A stretch of DNA of 46,932 nt from Octopus bimaculoides (taxonomy: Eukaryota): the NCBI RefSeq assembly GCF_001194135.2, contig NC_068984.1:91106204-91153135 (forward strand). Direction: 5' to 3'. Within the stretch, counting starts at the first letter, position 1; every line of letters begins with the position of its first letter. The position numbers and the translations under genes were made by a program. The notes beneath the pieces are model-generated. The model ran no database searches and was not told the origin of the DNA. It saw only the letters and a list, made by a program, of their open reading frames with translations. Shown here piece by piece: positions 43,950 through 46,932 of this stretch.

Positions 43950-44520
43950 ACAAGAACTATCAACTCATTTGAGCACCCCATGTCTACATCCTTCTCTTAT
44001 TTCTTGAGCTGGAAGTTTATTGTCAAACAGCATCACATTGATAGTGGATTGACAAAATCTTTAGAACACCACAGAAAATGCCTGATATCTAGTTACAACC
44101 TATTTTGTTCTGAGTTCATACACCATCAAGGTCAACTTGATTGGTGCTTATTTTATTGATCATTTGAAGTCAATAAAATAAATACCATTCTAGTATTGGG
44201 GTTAATTCATATTCCTATGAAGCATTCCAGATGTGACTGTAATTATAATAGAACACAAGATATTTCAGCATGTGCCAACAAAACTCTTTCCAATTGCCAC
44301 TCCATCTGCAGAAGTGGTCCTAAAAGTTTCATTATATCACATACTTTTCTGTATATTAAAGACTTGCTTACTGTTACTTCTAAGAGTGCATTTTTGTATA
44401 GATGAGACTAATTTAACTAATACTTAACTTTCAAACCTAAACACTATACCCAGACATGTATTTCTTCCATGGAAAACATTTTTCAATAAGGGTATGATAA
44501 CCTAGTATCTTTTAACAATG
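43950..44520 (+). mobile_element. Very decayed CR1/L2-type RT remnant
   Basis: SG..KSFII...FLYI.DL and FLY.DETNL-like remnants near 44310-44420. Confidence 0.38.
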
Positions 44521-45834
44521 ACATACAACAGATTTGCATTTTCAACTTACATTACAATCATCTAATATATTTGCTCAATTGTTAAAGCAGCAAATTTCTA
44601 TGTTCTATTTTCAAAAGTTTAATCACCCATTTCTTGTTTTCCATTTTTAAATGATGTCTATATCTGTATCATCTCAATCTTATAAATAACAATTAATATC
44701 ATACTGACAAGCCTTATATATAAAATGAAAATAAAAAATTTCCTCAACATAGAAATAAAAGCCAAAAATTCAAATACTTTCCCCATTGACTTGTTGTTAC
44801 ATGGCAACTGAGGAAGATAAATTTTCTTAGACTGGTCAAAATGAGTTACCAAGATATAGAACTATTGATTTTTTGAATAAAAAAGAAAACAAGCAGATAT
44901 CAAGACTGAACGTTTTTAGTTATAGAGGAGTAGAAGTATGTATTAATGATAAAATATATTCTATTGATATGGTAACTCCAAAGAAATAAGGGAAAGATAG
45001 TGTGACTGCATGAAATGAACTAGAAACTACAACTGCTTGCCAAATTTAGACCAAAGAACAGAGTGATAATGATTAATACTTTTTGGCAAAATCTGTAATG
45101 TCTTAATTGATTCATTGAAATGATCAGTTTTAATCACTCAAATATTAACCCAGCCACATATGTTAATACTTGAAAAATATTTTGTTTAACTGATTTTGTT
45201 GTCTTATATCTTTCTTTTCACTAATATGATTGCTGACTTAACTATAGGGGTAGATACTAAACTGGTATTACAGAAAATAAAACCAACAACACAATCACTC
45301 CTATGTGCATACACACCTCAACAAAAACAAACAAACAAACCTTGTCTTCCAATTAGATGACCACCCTCTGTCTGGAAAACAATATAAAAACAATTTCTTA
45401 TATAACTTTTAACTGAATCCAGCCAGCGGGCAGGTCATGCTGGGGCACTAATTTGTATTATGGACTTCCTACTCTTTATAACTTTCTATGAGATATTTAT
45501 ATAGTCTATACTAGCTGAGTATCCCACCCTTGCCAGACAATTTTCACAATAGAATGCCTTGGCAGACTTTCAGAATAGCACACCTACTTAAGCTGGCTTT
45601 TCTTCATTTTGTCAGGGTTTGTCAATTTTTTTTCACCATACACTTGCAAATGACGGGGGATCTTTTTATCAAAGAGGAATTTTTGAATATTTATGAATCC
45701 TCCCACCACTTTCTGGACCAATTTTGTCTAACCTTTTTTTGCACTACACACTTAAAAATAATAGGAGATGCCTTTTTGGTGAAAAAGAATATTGAAAATT
45801 TATGAATTATTTCACCCAACTCAATACTAATTTT

Positions 45835-46590
45835 GGCCAGTTTGTTTTACTCTGAGTGAGAGGCCCTTTGTCACCAGCAGAGATAATAGCTCTCTAAACT
45901 TTGCCCAGGCTATTCTTATTCTAGCAACTGCACTTTCAGTGCACTCTCCCCCGCTACTGACTTAGTCACCTAGGTAACGGAAGCTATCAACTGCTTCTAG
46001 TTTTTCTCCCTCTAATGTGGCAGAAGTTGTTTTCTGCACATTTTCAGTGTTTATTGCTCCTCAACATCTGCCACATACAAAAACTAAATTCCTAGTTAAC
46101 CTTCCTTTGATATTGCTGCACCTCTTATGTGTCCATAGCTTACACTGGGTACATCTTATAGAGTTTTTACCTACGCCTTTTCTACAGATTGAGCAGGGTC
46201 ATCTACCTGAAGGGGTTTGTATTTTGTCTACCTTCCTACTTATTAGGATTTTGGTTTTAGCTAGGTTGACTCTAAGGCCCTTCGATTCTAGTCCTTGCTT
46301 CCACACCTGAAACTTCTCCTCTAGTTCTGATAGTGACTCAGCAATTAGGGCAAGGTCATCAGCATAGAGGAGTTCCCAGGAGTGTCCTGTCTTGAATTCC
46401 TGTGTTATTGCCTGGAGGACTATGATAAATAGGAGGGGGCTGAGGACTGAACCTTGGTGGATTCCTACCTCTACCTGGAATTCCTCACTGTACTCGTTGC
46501 CAACCCTCACCTTACTGACAGCATCCTTGTAGATGGCTTGCACAGCACTCATTAATCATTCATCTATCCCAAGTTTCCTCATTGATCACC
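45835..46590 (-). mobile_element. RTE LINE RT fragment, minus strand (with stops)
   Basis: ORF 46199..46552 has GIHQGSVLSPLLF and LLYADDLALI. It continues through a Cys-rich insert and SFRYLGD to RIAWAKFREL. Confidence 0.9.
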
Positions 46591-46600
46591 TCATTGATCA

Positions 46601-46932
46601 CCTCTGTACCTGGCTTTCGTTGACATGGAGAAAGCCTTTGACAGGGTCCCCCGATCCCTTATCTGGTGGTCAATGAGGAAACTTGGGATAGAAGAATGGT
46701 TAGTGAGAGCTGTGCGAGCCATGTACAGAGATGCTGCCAGTAAGGTGAGGGTTGGAAATGAGTACAGCAATGAATTCCGGGTAGAGGTAGGGGTCCACCA
46801 AGGTTCCGTCCTCAGCCCCCTATTATTTACCATAGTCCTCCAGGCAATCACAGAGGAGTTCAAGACAGGCTGCCCCTGGGAGCTCCTCTATGCTGATGAC
46901 CTTGCCCTAATTGCGGAGTCACTATCAGAACT
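46601..46932 (+). mobile_element. RTE LINE RT fragment, plus strand, open to the window end
   Basis: Uninterrupted frame from 46601: PLYLAFVDMEKAFDRVP...GVHQGSVLSPLLF...LLYADDLALIAESLSE. Confidence 0.9.

Noticed and set aside
45505-45834. Helitron-like element starting ACTAGCTGAGTATCCC
   Set aside because: The start resembles such repeats, but no 3' hairpin or CTRR end is visible because the RTE copy interrupts it. Too weak to call.
1-46932. CRISPR arrays, rRNA or prokaryotic operons
   Set aside because: No regularly spaced repeat-spacer units or rRNA-like sequence. The DNA is spliceosomal-intron-containing eukaryotic sequence.

Overview
AT-rich, repeat-dense animal genomic DNA. The SINE, RTE and Penelope families present resemble those I associate with octopus genomes, but this assignment is an inference. 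There is one host gene: a minus-strand, intron-split ABHD13-type alpha/beta hydrolase. Six exons (24795 down to 4339) join in frame with GT-AG boundaries and carry the full Ser-Asp-His triad; a probable seventh exon at 2920-2834 would give about 404 aa. The rest is mostly transposon fossils: RTE and CR1/L2-like LINEs, several Penelope-like (GIY-YIG) elements, tRNA-derived SINEs, two mariners, a Buster/Charlie-type hAT, and a complete but decayed 3.8-kb Gypsy LTR element (30986-34761, TTTTG target-site duplication). The most striking observation is in that Gypsy element. It has no tRNA-type primer-binding site. Instead, the 16 nt starting 1 nt after the 5' LTR are the perfect reverse complement of a 16-mer inside the LTR, which is the geometry of tRNA-independent self-priming, and I see no chromodomain. 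Other notable structures: a Penelope copy with an inverted terminal duplication, a head-to-head RTE fold-back, two tail-to-tail SINE pairs in ABHD13 introns, and a palindrome 4 nt upstream of the ABHD13 start codon. There are three N gaps.
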